Part shown: positions 1 to 8,629 of the stretch, in pieces
Numbering within the stretch: position 1 is the stretch's first letter
How the letters are laid out: each line of letters starts with the position of its first letter
Source: Chloroflexota bacterium
GTDB lineage: Bacteria; Chloroflexota; Dehalococcoidia; UBA2979
Direction of reading: 5' to 3'
NCBI GenBank assembly: GCA_016875695.1
Contig: VGPB01000001.1
Coordinates: 1 to 30,677 of the forward strand
Length of the DNA: 30,677 nt
Position numbers and translations under genes: made by a program
The notes under the pieces: generated by a model
Told to the model about the DNA's origin: nothing
The model's database searches: none
The model's input: only the letters and a program-made list of their open reading frames with translations

Positions 1-127
1 AGCGACACCGCTGCCCCGTCCGCCCACCTCGATGGAGTGCCGTACGTCGAGCTGCACGCGCACAGCAACTACTCGCTGCTGGAAGGCGCCTCGCACCCGA
101 GCGAGCTCATCGCCCAGGCGCTCGCGC
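1..127 (+). repeat. Exact direct copy of the dnaE2 5' region (identical to 18549-18675)
   Basis: Base-by-base identity of 1-127 with 18549-18675; the copies diverge at 128 (g) versus 18676 (a). Encodes SDTAAPSAHLDGVPYVELHAHSNYSLLEGASHPSELIAQALA. Confidence 0.97.
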
Positions 128-346
128 GACCGAGAAAAGGCGTCTGCGCAGGTAACCGAAATTCCCGAAAGATTAGCCTCCCTACTGACGAGTCGCTGGA
201 CTCCAGCATTTGCCGCGCTGCCCCGAAAATCGCGGAGCTGAGACTGCAACTTCGACCGCAGACCGTTAGGGTGGCAGGACTCTGCACCAGCGGATGTCCT
301 GACCTTGCGGGGGCAGCAAAGACGGTGACTTCTGCCTAAGCGTGGT

Positions 347-360
347 AGGACGTTGGGCCC
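347..360. promoter_or_regulatory. Dos-box-like palindrome AGGACGTTGGGCCC
   Basis: 10/14 match to the DosR core GGGACTWWAGTCCC; upstream of the 471/765/1275 genes. A weaker copy GTGACTTCTGCCTA lies at 325-338. Confidence 0.45.
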
Positions 361-470
361 TCGAAAGTCACATCGCCTTGGTCGATCGTTCACTCACAGG
401 TCGTGGGGCCCAGGGGTTATAGGACCGATCTAACGGAACCGTTCCGACGGAACTCGTGAGGAGCGCTAAC

Positions 471-686
471 GTGACAGATATTCAGCTTCAATGGGGATTT
501 ACTGTTGCCGCGCTCTTCGTGCTTCTCGGCATAACTGCCTTGAACAACGACGCGATCACAATCAGTGCGTCGCTTGCGCTACTGGCTGCGGGGTTTCTAG
601 CGTTCCCACGGCAGCGCAGCCGTGGTGCGCTCGCCGCGACTGCTGCGCTTTGTGTGGCGGCTATCATCGCGTCGATAGCGCGGTGA
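471..686 (+). CDS. Small hydrophobic membrane protein (71 aa)
   Basis: GTG at 471 preceded by GAGGAG; almost entirely hydrophobic, about three TM-like segments. Confidence 0.55.
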   Translation: MTDIQLQWGFTVAALFVLLGITALNNDAITISASLALLAAGFLAFPRQRSRGALAATAALCVAAIIASIAR

Positions 687-764
687 TGACACGAGCCTCC
701 GATCCGACGCGTGACTATGCCTCATCCGCGGGCGTCGAGTGGGCTGATGAGAAGGAAGAGTGCC

Positions 765-1199
765 GTGAAGATCTTCGTGGCCTACGACAGAACCGATGGC
801 GCCGCGGCAGCACTCGACGCGGCTGTCGGCATTGCCGAGCAATGCGCAGGTAGCCAGGTGCGGATCGTCCATGCCCTCAACCCGCTGATCGACGCAGCGG
901 AGATCTTCGCCTCGTCAAATCACGAGGCGATCACCATACGTCGAGATGAAGAGCTCACAGCGCTGCACGAAGTCGCTTCGAAGATTTCGAGTACCGAGGT
1001 CGAGCCAGCTGTCGAAGTGCTGCGCCGCGGAGAGAGCCCGGGCGCGGGTATCGCACGACTCGGCAACGAGTGGCAAGCCGACTTAATCGCAGTCGCAAGT
1101 CGGCGGACAGGTCGTCTCTCCGGCGCACTTCTGGGTAGTGTGGCTGCCGAAATCTTTCGCAACAGCGAAACTCCGCTTTTGCTCGTCCATCCCGCATGA
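765..1199 (+). CDS. Universal stress protein (single USP domain)
   Basis: KIFVAYD start and ADLIAVASRRTG...LLGSVA...PLLLVHP end; GTG at 765 after AAGGAAGAG. Confidence 0.92.
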   Translation: MKIFVAYDRTDGAAAALDAAVGIAEQCAGSQVRIVHALNPLIDAAEIFASSNHEAITIRRDEELTALHEVASKISSTEVEPAVEVLRRGESPGAGIARLGNEWQADLIAVASRRTGRLSGALLGSVAAEIFRNSETPLLLVHPA

Positions 1200-1274
1200 C
1201 CTCGACCAGCAGACCTTGACCGCGACAGCAACCTGGCCCCGAAAGTGCTCAGGCCGCCAAGCATAGGAGCAGCT

Positions 1275-1838
1275 GTGACCTGGACACTTGATAGGTCCCG
1301 CTCTTCCGTTGAATTCGCTGTCACCCACATGCACGTGAGCATAGTGCGTGGACATTTTGCGCAGTTCGAGGCCGATGTCACCCTCGAACCGAGTGATCCG
1401 TCACGCTCCTCAGTGAAGGCGACAATCGATGTCGCGAGCATCACGACCGGCGACGCGGGCCGGGATCGCCAGCTCCGTTCGGCCGCTGTGTTAGACGCGG
1501 AGCACTTCCCATCGATCGAATTCCAAAGCAGCGATGTATTGCCGCTCGCCGCCCAGACATTCTGGGTCCGCGGTGGGCTCACGATTCACGGCACGACGCG
1601 AGAGGTCGTGTTGGAAGGAAGAATCGAGGAACAGCCCGAAGCTGAGTCTGGCACGCCCCGCACAGCCACGTTCGTGGTGTCCACAGAAGTCGATCGACGC
1701 GACTTCTTCCAGATCCCGATGAGCGCCGGCGAACCGTTCATTGGTCGGAGCGTTAACATCCGCGTGCTGGCGCACCTGATTGATGACCCCCAGAGGCACG
1801 CAGAAGGCCAGCCGCACAAGGCAGCAGGAGATAGTTGA
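1275..1838 (+). CDS. YceI family (polyisoprenoid/lipid-binding) protein
   Basis: WTLDRSRSSVEFAVTHM...VRGHF, SITTGDAGRDRQLRS...FPSIEFQS, GGLTIHGTTREV; AGGAG RBS before GTG 1275. Confidence 0.92.
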   Translation: MTWTLDRSRSSVEFAVTHMHVSIVRGHFAQFEADVTLEPSDPSRSSVKATIDVASITTGDAGRDRQLRSAAVLDAEHFPSIEFQSSDVLPLAAQTFWVRGGLTIHGTTREVVLEGRIEEQPEAESGTPRTATFVVSTEVDRRDFFQIPMSAGEPFIGRSVNIRVLAHLIDDPQRHAEGQPHKAAGDS

Positions 1839-1983
1839 CGCGCGCTGTAATAGGCCGCCCGTTCTGACACCTTCATGACCCCCGCCAGCGCCCTTCCACA
1901 CCCGATGGGGCAGTAGGCGGCCTTGCTTCGGCGTGCACTGACGGTCCGTGTGACTCTTGTTCTCTTTCCATATCATTCAGGCC

Positions 1984-3372
1984 ATGGATCCGAAGATGCT
2001 GGCGGCGTTGGTAGATCGGGCACCGGATGGCGTGCTCCTCGTCGATCCGGGTGGCCGAATTACCTTCGCGAATCCCCACACGCAGGTGCTGTTCGGCTAC
2101 TCCCCCGATGAGCTGCTGGGCAAGACGATCGAATTTCTTGTGCCTGAACGATTCCGTGGCCGTCACATCGGACACCAGGCTGCCTTTCACGCCCGCCCAT
2201 CCACGCGCCCGATGGGGTCCGGACTAGAACTCACCGCGCTGAGGAGCGACGGCACAGAGTTGCCCGTCGAGATCAGCCTCAGTCCAATTCCCACCGAGGA
2301 AGGCCAATACGTCGCGGCGATCGTACGAGACGTCTCAGAACGGAAGGCGTTGGAAGACGACTTGCGCCGTTCCGAGGAGCGCTACCGGCTGCTCGCGGAA
2401 CAAGCGCGAGACATCATTTATCGCATCCGCCTCCTTCCTGCGCCGCCACGTGTCGAATACATGGGGCCTGCCGCGACTGCCCTCACAGGGTTCTCGCCCG
2501 AGGACCACTACGCCGATCCGGATCTCATCCTGCGGATCACCGATCCCGCACAACGGGCGCTCTTCGAGCGCCTGATGTCTGACCCCGATTCGGTTCCGAA
2601 CCCCTTCATGACACAGATCCACCGCCGAGACGGAATAGTGGTCTGGCTGGAGCACCAGTTCAGCATCATCCGTTCCAACGGCCGCCCTGTCGCCATCGAA
2701 GCTATCGCTCGTGACACCACAGCCCGAGTGCTATTGGAAGAGGAACGACAGCGACTGCATGCCGAGAACGAACTCGTTGAGGACCGCGAGCGCATCGCGC
2801 GCGACCTCCACGACGGTGTCATGCAGGCGCTGTACGGCGTCGGCCTGAGTCTGGTGCAACAGCGGGGGCAGGCACTGCCCCCTGAAGTGCAAGCAGGCCT
2901 CGATGAAGCGGTGTCGGCGCTGAACGGGGTGATTGCCGACATCCGTGCATACGTCATGGACCTGCCACGGGATAACGGCGAGGGCACGCTAGCGAGCGAG
3001 CTCACTCGGCTAGCACATGACCTCTCAGCAAATGGCCCAACGAGCGTAACGGTGGATGTAGGCGACACGAATCCCATGCTCTCCGAAGCCCAGTTGCACT
3101 CGCTCCTACAGATCACGCGTGAGGCGCTCTCCAACGTTGTGAGACACGCTGCCGCCACGACCGCTCGTGTAACGCTGAAGGACGACCCGCGAGGACTGAT
3201 TCTCGAAATTCGCGATGATGGCCATGGATTCGACCCCGCGGCGAACGTGAGTGAAGACCATCTGGGGTTGCGTAACATGCGCGCCCGCGCGGAGCAGTTG
3301 GGTGCGGACTTTGAAGTGGAGAGCTCGCAAGGAGCGGGAACTGTGGTGCGCCTCAGACTTCGCCCTGTCTAA
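1984..3372 (+). CDS. PAS-PAS sensor histidine kinase, HisKA_3 (NarX/DosS-type) with HATPase_c
   Basis: H-box DRERIARDLHDGVMQ; N-box REALSNVVRHA; G boxes IRDDGHGF, HLGLRNM and GAGTVV; two N-terminal PAS/PAC domains. Confidence 0.95.
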   Translation: MDPKMLAALVDRAPDGVLLVDPGGRITFANPHTQVLFGYSPDELLGKTIEFLVPERFRGRHIGHQAAFHARPSTRPMGSGLELTALRSDGTELPVEISLSPIPTEEGQYVAAIVRDVSERKALEDDLRRSEERYRLLAEQARDIIYRIRLLPAPPRVEYMGPAATALTGFSPEDHYADPDLILRITDPAQRALFERLMSDPDSVPNPFMTQIHRRDGIVVWLEHQFSIIRSNGRPVAIEAIARDTTARVLLEEERQRLHAENELVEDRERIARDLHDGVMQALYGVGLSLVQQRGQALPPEVQAGLDEAVSALNGVIADIRAYVMDLPRDNGEGTLASELTRLAHDLSANGPTSVTVDVGDTNPMLSEAQLHSLLQITREALSNVVRHAAATTARVTLKDDPRGLILEIRDDGHGFDPAANVSEDHLGLRNMRARAEQLGADFEVESSQGAGTVVRLRLRPV

Positions 3373-3381
3373 GCGGAGCCT

Positions 3382-4041
3382 CTATTGCTGCTTACGCATC
3401 CTTCGCTCGGTGGCCATGGCGGCTGCCTGGGAGCGGCGCTCCACATTCAACTTTGCGTAGACCTGCGAGACATAGTTCTTCACGGTTTTCTCACTCAGGT
3501 GCAGGCGCTCGCCGATCTGTCGGTTGGTCAAACCGTCAGCGATCATTTCGAGAATGCGGTCTTCTTGAGGTGTGAGCAGTGAGAAGTTGTCGTCCGCCGG
3601 GTGTGCGCCCGCGCCCTTCCGTAGCCGTCCGAGCAATGTAGCGGCGAGTTTCGGGTCGAGCAGTGAGCCGCCCGCTCCCACCGCCCGGATCGCTTCCTTC
3701 AGGCGTGCCGGGTTCAGGTCCTTGAGCAGATAGCCCGCGGCACCAGCCATGACCGCTGAGAACAGAGCGTGATCATCCGCATACGAGGTCAGAATAAGGA
3801 CGTTGGCGCCGGGGACCTCCGCGCGAATATCACGGCATGCCTCGATCCCCGACCCGTCGGGCAGCCGCAGATCCATGACGACGACGTCCGGCTGGAGACG
3901 CTGCGCAAGCGCGACGCTCTCAGCCACGGTGCCAGCTTCACCCACGATCTCGATCCCAGGTTCCGCGAGCACCGCGCGCAAGCCACGACGCACGATTTCG
4001 TGGTCATCGACCAACATCACCCGCAGCGGTTGGTCTGGCAT
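3382..4041 (-). CDS. NarL/LuxR-family response regulator, DosR/DevR-like
   Basis: REC motifs (LVDDHEIVRRGL, VVMDLRLPDGSGIEAC, LILTSY, GYLLKD) plus HTH LTPQE...GLTNRQI...LSEKTVKNYVS...ERRSQAA, matching my recollection of mycobacterial DosR throughout. Confidence 0.95.
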   Translation of the reverse strand: MPDQPLRVMLVDDHEIVRRGLRAVLAEPGIEIVGEAGTVAESVALAQRLQPDVVVMDLRLPDGSGIEACRDIRAEVPGANVLILTSYADDHALFSAVMAGAAGYLLKDLNPARLKEAIRAVGAGGSLLDPKLAATLLGRLRKGAGAHPADDNFSLLTPQEDRILEMIADGLTNRQIGERLHLSEKTVKNYVSQVYAKLNVERRSQAAAMATERRMRKQQ

Positions 4042-4209
4042 GAGCCCCTCCGGCGTGCACCAACCAGACAATAATCGATGGCAGCGGCAGGCAGGCCACA
4101 CTCCGCCTGCCGCACTAACTGACCTTCGCTCATTTCGCAGCGGTCACGAGCGTCAAGAACGCCTAAGCCGTGGTACGGAGAGCATCGCGCGCGGCAATGG
4201 CACTGCCAC

Positions 4210-4296
4210 CGGACGAACGTCCCTCGAGGTACTGGACCAATGTCGTGGCGAAATTCGGGCATAAGCCCCCCGAGCGCGACTGGTGACCAACGTCCC
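4210..4296. promoter_or_regulatory. Three Dos-box-like palindromes in the divergent regulator/USP promoter
   Basis: CGGACGAACGTCCC (4210-4223), TGGACCAATGTCGT (4233-4246) and GTGACCAACGTCCC (4283-4296). Confidence 0.6.
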
Positions 4297-4377
4297 GCCG
4301 AAATACCGCCCTCGGACACTCATTTGCTCTCGAGAAAGCGACGACGCTGCGCAGTGCAGTTACAGGAGGATTCAGGC

Positions 4378-4869
4378 ATGTACCAAAAGATTCTGTTGAC
4401 CGTCGACGGCTCGACGCTGTCCGAGGCGGCAATCTCACAGGCAGCCTCCCTGGCCGCGGGCGCCGACACTGAGGTGGTCGTGCTCGAGGTGGTCGACACG
4501 CTCGATACGCTGCGGCGCCAGGCGCTTGGAGAGTACGAGCTCACTGATGGTGACCGGGCCCGGATCGAGGCGTTGGCAGAGGAGACCAATTTCACACGAC
4601 GCGACCGCGCACGCAGCGAAGTCGAATCAGCCGAAAGCGAGCTCCGCACGGCAGGCGTGCAAAACGTGCGGACTGTCATCGCTGAAGGCCTTGCCGGCAA
4701 CGAGATCGTCGATCTTGCCACGAAAGAGGGCGTGGACGCGGTCGTGATGGCGACTCGCGGTCATGGTGGGCTCGGCCGCGAGGTCGTCGGCTCGGTAGCC
4801 GAGTTTGTCCTCCGCCACGCTGGCCGAGCTGCCGTCGTCCTCGTGGGGCCGCGGTCGTCGCGCGAGTAA
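4378..4869 (+). CDS. Universal stress protein (single USP domain)
   Basis: MYQKILLTVDGS...DAVVMATRGHGG...VGSVAEFVLRHA; AGGAGG RBS. Confidence 0.95.
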   Translation: MYQKILLTVDGSTLSEAAISQAASLAAGADTEVVVLEVVDTLDTLRRQALGEYELTDGDRARIEALAEETNFTRRDRARSEVESAESELRTAGVQNVRTVIAEGLAGNEIVDLATKEGVDAVVMATRGHGGLGREVVGSVAEFVLRHAGRAAVVLVGPRSSRE

Positions 4870-4874
4870 CTCGG

Positions 4875-5804
4875 ATGCTCGAGCGATTCCTCGTTCCGCT
4901 CGATGCCACCGTGAACGCGGCCGGAATTGTCCCGCACGTCACTGAGCTGGCGAGGCGGATGGGCCAACCAGTGGTCGTACTTTCCGTCATCCCCAACGCG
5001 TTCGAGGGAGATGCGAGCCCCCTGAGAGATGATTTTGCAAGCCAGAAGCGTCGATTTTTTGAGTTTCGTAAGGGCCTCGCGCGCAGGTACCTGAACAAGA
5101 TATGTGCACAATTCCGAAACGACGGTGTGTGGGCGACCTCTACGGTCGTGACAGGCGATGAGGCAGCCGGGATTCTCTCGACCGCGGAGGCGAAGGGCGT
5201 CGGCCTGATCGCGATGTCCACGCACGGCCGAACCGGCGCCCAGCGCTGGTTCATGGGTAGCGTGGCCGACAAAGTGATCCGTACCGCCTTGACGCCGGTT
5301 CTGCTCGTGCGTCCAACTGCGGAATCAGACGAACCCGCGCCACTATTCACCGCGCTCCTCGTCCCACTCGACGGATCGGCGATGGCGGAAGCAGCGCTCA
5401 CGTATGCAACGTTCTTGGCCAAGAACCTTGGGGTACCGGTCACGCTGATCCGTTCATTGGATTTGAGCTGGGCGATCGCTAGCGATGGGCTCGGCTGGTT
5501 TGAGAGCGTCTCAGTCGATCTTGTCAGGGCCGCCGAGTCAGATGCGCACTCGTACCTCGAACACACGGCGGATCGGTTGCGGGGCGAAGGTATCGAGGTC
5601 GGCACATCGCTCTCACAGGGAGCCTCGCCGGCCGCCGAGATCATCAAGCTCGCGGATGTGACGCCCGGCGCCCTGGTCGTCATGACAACGCACGGTCGAT
5701 CGGGTGTCAGCCGAGCCCTCCTCGGCAGCGTGACTGACAAGGTGGTCCGCAGCTCCGCTGCACCCGTCCTCGTCATCCCGCCAGGCGCCGAGGGGCCGAT
5801 GTGA
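4875..5804 (+). CDS. Universal stress protein (tandem USP domains)
   Basis: Two domains: FLVPLD...MSTHGRTG...MGSVADKV and LLVPLDGS...MTTHGRSG...LGSVTDKVVRSS. Confidence 0.95.
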   Translation: MLERFLVPLDATVNAAGIVPHVTELARRMGQPVVVLSVIPNAFEGDASPLRDDFASQKRRFFEFRKGLARRYLNKICAQFRNDGVWATSTVVTGDEAAGILSTAEAKGVGLIAMSTHGRTGAQRWFMGSVADKVIRTALTPVLLVRPTAESDEPAPLFTALLVPLDGSAMAEAALTYATFLAKNLGVPVTLIRSLDLSWAIASDGLGWFESVSVDLVRAAESDAHSYLEHTADRLRGEGIEVGTSLSQGASPAAEIIKLADVTPGALVVMTTHGRSGVSRALLGSVTDKVVRSSAAPVLVIPPGAEGPM

Positions 5805-5868
5805 GCGACAGGGCGGTGCTCAGTACCCCGCGGATGGTGCATTACGGAATGGCCGGAAGGACAAGGCT

Positions 5869-6222
5869 ATGACCCAAGACCATTCCGCCGACGCGTCTGC
5901 TCCCAATCACTCGGTCCGTGCGGAAGAGCAGCAACGCGCTATTTCCGAGGAGATGCGCCAGAGCGCGGAACTCGAACGGCAGTCCGCTGAGACTGAACGC
6001 GAGATCGCGGAGGAGGAACGCTTCTCCGCAGAACGCGGGCGCATGAACGCAGAAGACCTACGACAGGCTGCTGAGCGCGCCAGAGCGGCGGCCGAGGCCG
6101 CACGAATCGCCGCAGAGAACGCACGGCGAAGCTTCGACGAGATGTTCCGCCTGGCCGGGGAGGTGATCGAGCTCTTCCAGGCATCGCATCACTCGAAGGG
6201 CTCAGCGAAACGCCCCGAGTGA
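5869..6222 (+). CDS. Hypothetical coiled-coil protein (117 aa) with heptad R-x-x-A-E repeats
   Basis: Glu/Ala/Arg-rich 7-residue periodicity (RQSAETEREIAEEERFSAERGRMNAEDLRQAAERARAAAEAARIAAENARR); follows the USP operon on the same strand. Confidence 0.65.
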   Translation: MTQDHSADASAPNHSVRAEEQQRAISEEMRQSAELERQSAETEREIAEEERFSAERGRMNAEDLRQAAERARAAAEAARIAAENARRSFDEMFRLAGEVIELFQASHHSKGSAKRPE

Positions 6223-6414
6223 GCACCATAGTGAACCCCAGCGGCGCTGCAGCCGTGGCCGAGCGCCCGGCCCGTTAACCCACGCTTCTCGGCCAGCGAT
6301 GCAATAACCCGGAGTCATCGGAGGGCGCCCAAGCACGCGAGAGCACATCGACATTCCCCGGGGAACCACGTGCGTCACAGCAACTCTCGGGCTAACGAAG
6401 TTGCTCGCTCGTGG

Positions 6415-7311
6415 CTACCGATCGCTCGGCACCACCGCAGGCGGTACAACAACGACTCCTGCCTCTCCCACGTGCTGCAGCACGTGGTCCGCGACCGAGC
6501 CGATCATCTGTGCGGCGCTGCCACGCCCGCGACCTTGCGACGAGAGCACGATGATGTCGCATCGTTGCCGCTCGGCTGCATCGACAATCGCCGTGCCGGG
6601 AGTCCCGGCGGTGACAGTGGCGACGATGTTGTGTAGTCCGGCCTCCCGCAGCGTGGTCACCACGGCGGCGGTGTCCTGCCGCGCCTCATTAAGTTCGGCC
6701 GATACAAGTCGAGTCAACGCGGCATCGTCCAGCAACTCCTCGCTCAGGTGGTAGCCCGCTGGGGTCTTGGCGGAGCGCAGCTGGGCTGCATCGTCGGTCA
6801 GCCGCAACAGCACGATGCCCGCCCCGGTGATAGACGCTAAACGCTGCGTGAATTCGATCGCCCCGGCGTTTGCCGCTGAGCCGTCCAGGGGCAGAAGGAT
6901 ACGTTCGAAGATCTTCGTCCCCGCGATCATCGGGCGGCAGAACAAGACCGGGACACGATGCGTATTCCTCGCCACGTAATCCGCGACCGACCCAAGGAAG
7001 TGACTCGTCGAGCCCGTCCCCTTAGTCGACATCACGATCAGATCCACGCCCATCTCATCAGCAATCTCGACGATCAACGGGCCGGGACTGCCAGCCCGCA
7101 TGAGCGGCGTGACGAGGTGAGGTGCGAGTGCCCGCTTCACGCGATCCAACGAATCGGTCGCGTCCTTCACTTCCATGCTCGCCGGGCCAGCGTGTGGATT
7201 GGTGATGCACAGCGCGATCACCTCGGCACCGGCAGCCTGCGCCAGGGCGTGAGTGGTGGGCACGGCGACATCCGCCATCGCTGATCCGTCGTGGGTGAGC
7301 AGTACCTTCAT
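6415..7311 (-). CDS. Universal stress protein (tandem USP domains)
   Basis: MKVLLTHDGS...MSTKGTG...LGSVADYV and ILLPLDGS...LSSQGRG...IGSVADHVL. Confidence 0.95.
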   Translation of the reverse strand: MKVLLTHDGSAMADVAVPTTHALAQAAGAEVIALCITNPHAGPASMEVKDATDSLDRVKRALAPHLVTPLMRAGSPGPLIVEIADEMGVDLIVMSTKGTGSTSHFLGSVADYVARNTHRVPVLFCRPMIAGTKIFERILLPLDGSAANAGAIEFTQRLASITGAGIVLLRLTDDAAQLRSAKTPAGYHLSEELLDDAALTRLVSAELNEARQDTAAVVTTLREAGLHNIVATVTAGTPGTAIVDAAERQRCDIIVLSSQGRGRGSAAQMIGSVADHVLQHVGEAGVVVVPPAVVPSDR

Positions 7312-7439
7312 TGGTGCGCCTTTCTGCATCATTCGCGCTAGGAACGCGCTGCGCTTACTCAGGTGCGAGGGGTCCGAACCTCACGCTCAACCTCAATTCG
7401 CGAGCACAGTCATTCTCCGACGCCCTTGGGAGCACGACA

Positions 7440-7453
7440 GGGGCTTTCGTCCT
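7440..7453. promoter_or_regulatory. Dos-box-like palindrome GGGGCTTTCGTCCT
   Basis: 11/14 match to GGGACTWWAGTCCC; lies between the divergent USP (7311) and DUF998-like (7546) starts. Confidence 0.5.
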
Positions 7454-7545
7454 TACGACGTCTGACTTACGCCACATGGCAAGGAACGGCGACCTCCATA
7501 CATTCGAGACAGGAGCGCACTCCGGAGAGGCGAGGAGACAAGCAG

Positions 7546-8163
7546 ATGGCAACCCGTGCACTCCTCGTGTGTGGTGCGCTCTCTAGCGTTGTGTACTTCG
7601 TGAGTATCGATGTCCTCGCGCCGCTGCTCTTCCCCGATTACCACGAGTACGAAGGCCAGATGGTGAGCGAGCTCTTCGCCAGTGGCGCGCCCACGCGCCC
7701 GATGCTGGTCTGGGCGGGGGTTCTGTATAACGCGCTCGTGCTCGCGTTTGCGCTGGGCACATGGGAGGTCGGCCGCAATTCGCGAGTAACTCGCCTCACC
7801 GCTGTAGCGATTGGCGTGTACGGTCTCGCGAGCACGGTCGGCGGCTTTCTAGCGCCCATGGATCTGCGCTCTGCGGGCCTGTCCGCTGCGACGTGGGTGC
7901 ACATCGGCGCCACGGCGGTACAAGGCATCGCCCAGTTGGCCGTGCTCGCGACCGGCGCGTTCGTGCACGGTCTGCGATTCCGTGTCTACTCGTTCGCGAC
8001 GCTTGGCCTCGCGCTTGCCTCCGGACTGTGAGCAGGCTACCAGTCGTCTCACCTGCCCGCCCCGTGGCTGGGCGTCACGGAGCGCATCAGCATCTACGTC
8101 TACATGCTGTGGATTTTGATCCTGGCGCTCTCGCTACTTCCTCGCGCGAAGTCGACCCGCTGA
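7546..8163 (+). pseudogene. DUF998-like membrane protein with an in-frame premature TGA at 8029-8031
   Basis: DUF998-like N-terminus (Y...QMVSELFASGAPTR); the frame continues past the TGA as AGYQSSHLPAPWLGVTERISIYVYMLWILILAL, the typical family C-terminus (W-x-G-x-x-ER), ending at TGA 8161-8163. Confidence 0.75.
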
Positions 8164-8187
8164 CCAGCGTTGCTGTAAAGGCGGAGC

Positions 8188-8201
8188 AGGACGTTGGTCA
8201 C
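8188..8201. promoter_or_regulatory. Dos-box-like palindrome AGGACGTTGGTCAC
   Basis: GAC-N-WW-N-GTC core ~90 bp upstream of the 8290 gene; near-identical to the 347-360 site. Confidence 0.5.
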
Positions 8202-8289
8202 AAGGAACACATGCGCGATGTCACTGCGAGCCGTCCGCCACGCGCGATAGTTTGTCGTTATCCCGCGTTCCACCTCAGAGGATCACACC

Positions 8290-8595
8290 ATGTCTTACGT
8301 CCGAATCTCGTTCGTGCGCCCACTCCATGGGAGGGAGGACGCGGTCCGATCCTCGATTGATAAGTTAGTCGAGTACTACGGTGGTCAACCCGGGCATCTC
8401 TCCGGGTACCGCCTCGAACACGTCGATGGCTCGCTTCGATTTGGACGCATCGGGATCTGGCGCAGCGAAGAGGACGCCAATAAAGCTGCCCAGTCCGAAC
8501 ACGACCTCGCGCTTCGCTCTGAACTGAATGGGCTGGTCGAGCAGGGGTCGCACGAGGAGTTCTCCTTCGAGGGGACCTCTTCAGCAGCGCTCTGA
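8290..8595 (+). CDS. Antibiotic-biosynthesis-monooxygenase (ABM)-like dimeric alpha-beta barrel protein
   Basis: 101 aa with an ABM-like pattern (VRISFVRP..GRED...GQPGHLSGY...IGIWRSEEDA...H); GAGGA RBS. Confidence 0.75.
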   Translation: MSYVRISFVRPLHGREDAVRSSIDKLVEYYGGQPGHLSGYRLEHVDGSLRFGRIGIWRSEEDANKAAQSEHDLALRSELNGLVEQGSHEEFSFEGTSSAAL

Positions 8596-8629
8596 ACGCG
8601 TTCATCGAAGCCGCTCATAGTCGAGTCAC

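Noticed and set aside
37-339. 100-aa ORF starting MPYVELHAHSNYSLLEG, as a second dnaE gene
   Set aside because: Homology stops at base 127, the end of the duplicated segment; the rest is unrelated read-through across the junction.
6379-6405. Inverted repeat AGCAACT...AGTTGCT as a terminator
   Set aside because: Only a 7-bp stem with a 13-nt loop and no U-tract; too weak to call.
8029-8031. Selenocysteine read-through in the DUF998-like gene
   Set aside because: The TGA is in a hydrophobic TM context with no Cys/redox motif, and there is no convincing G-loop SECIS at the right distance; TGG-to-TGA is simpler.
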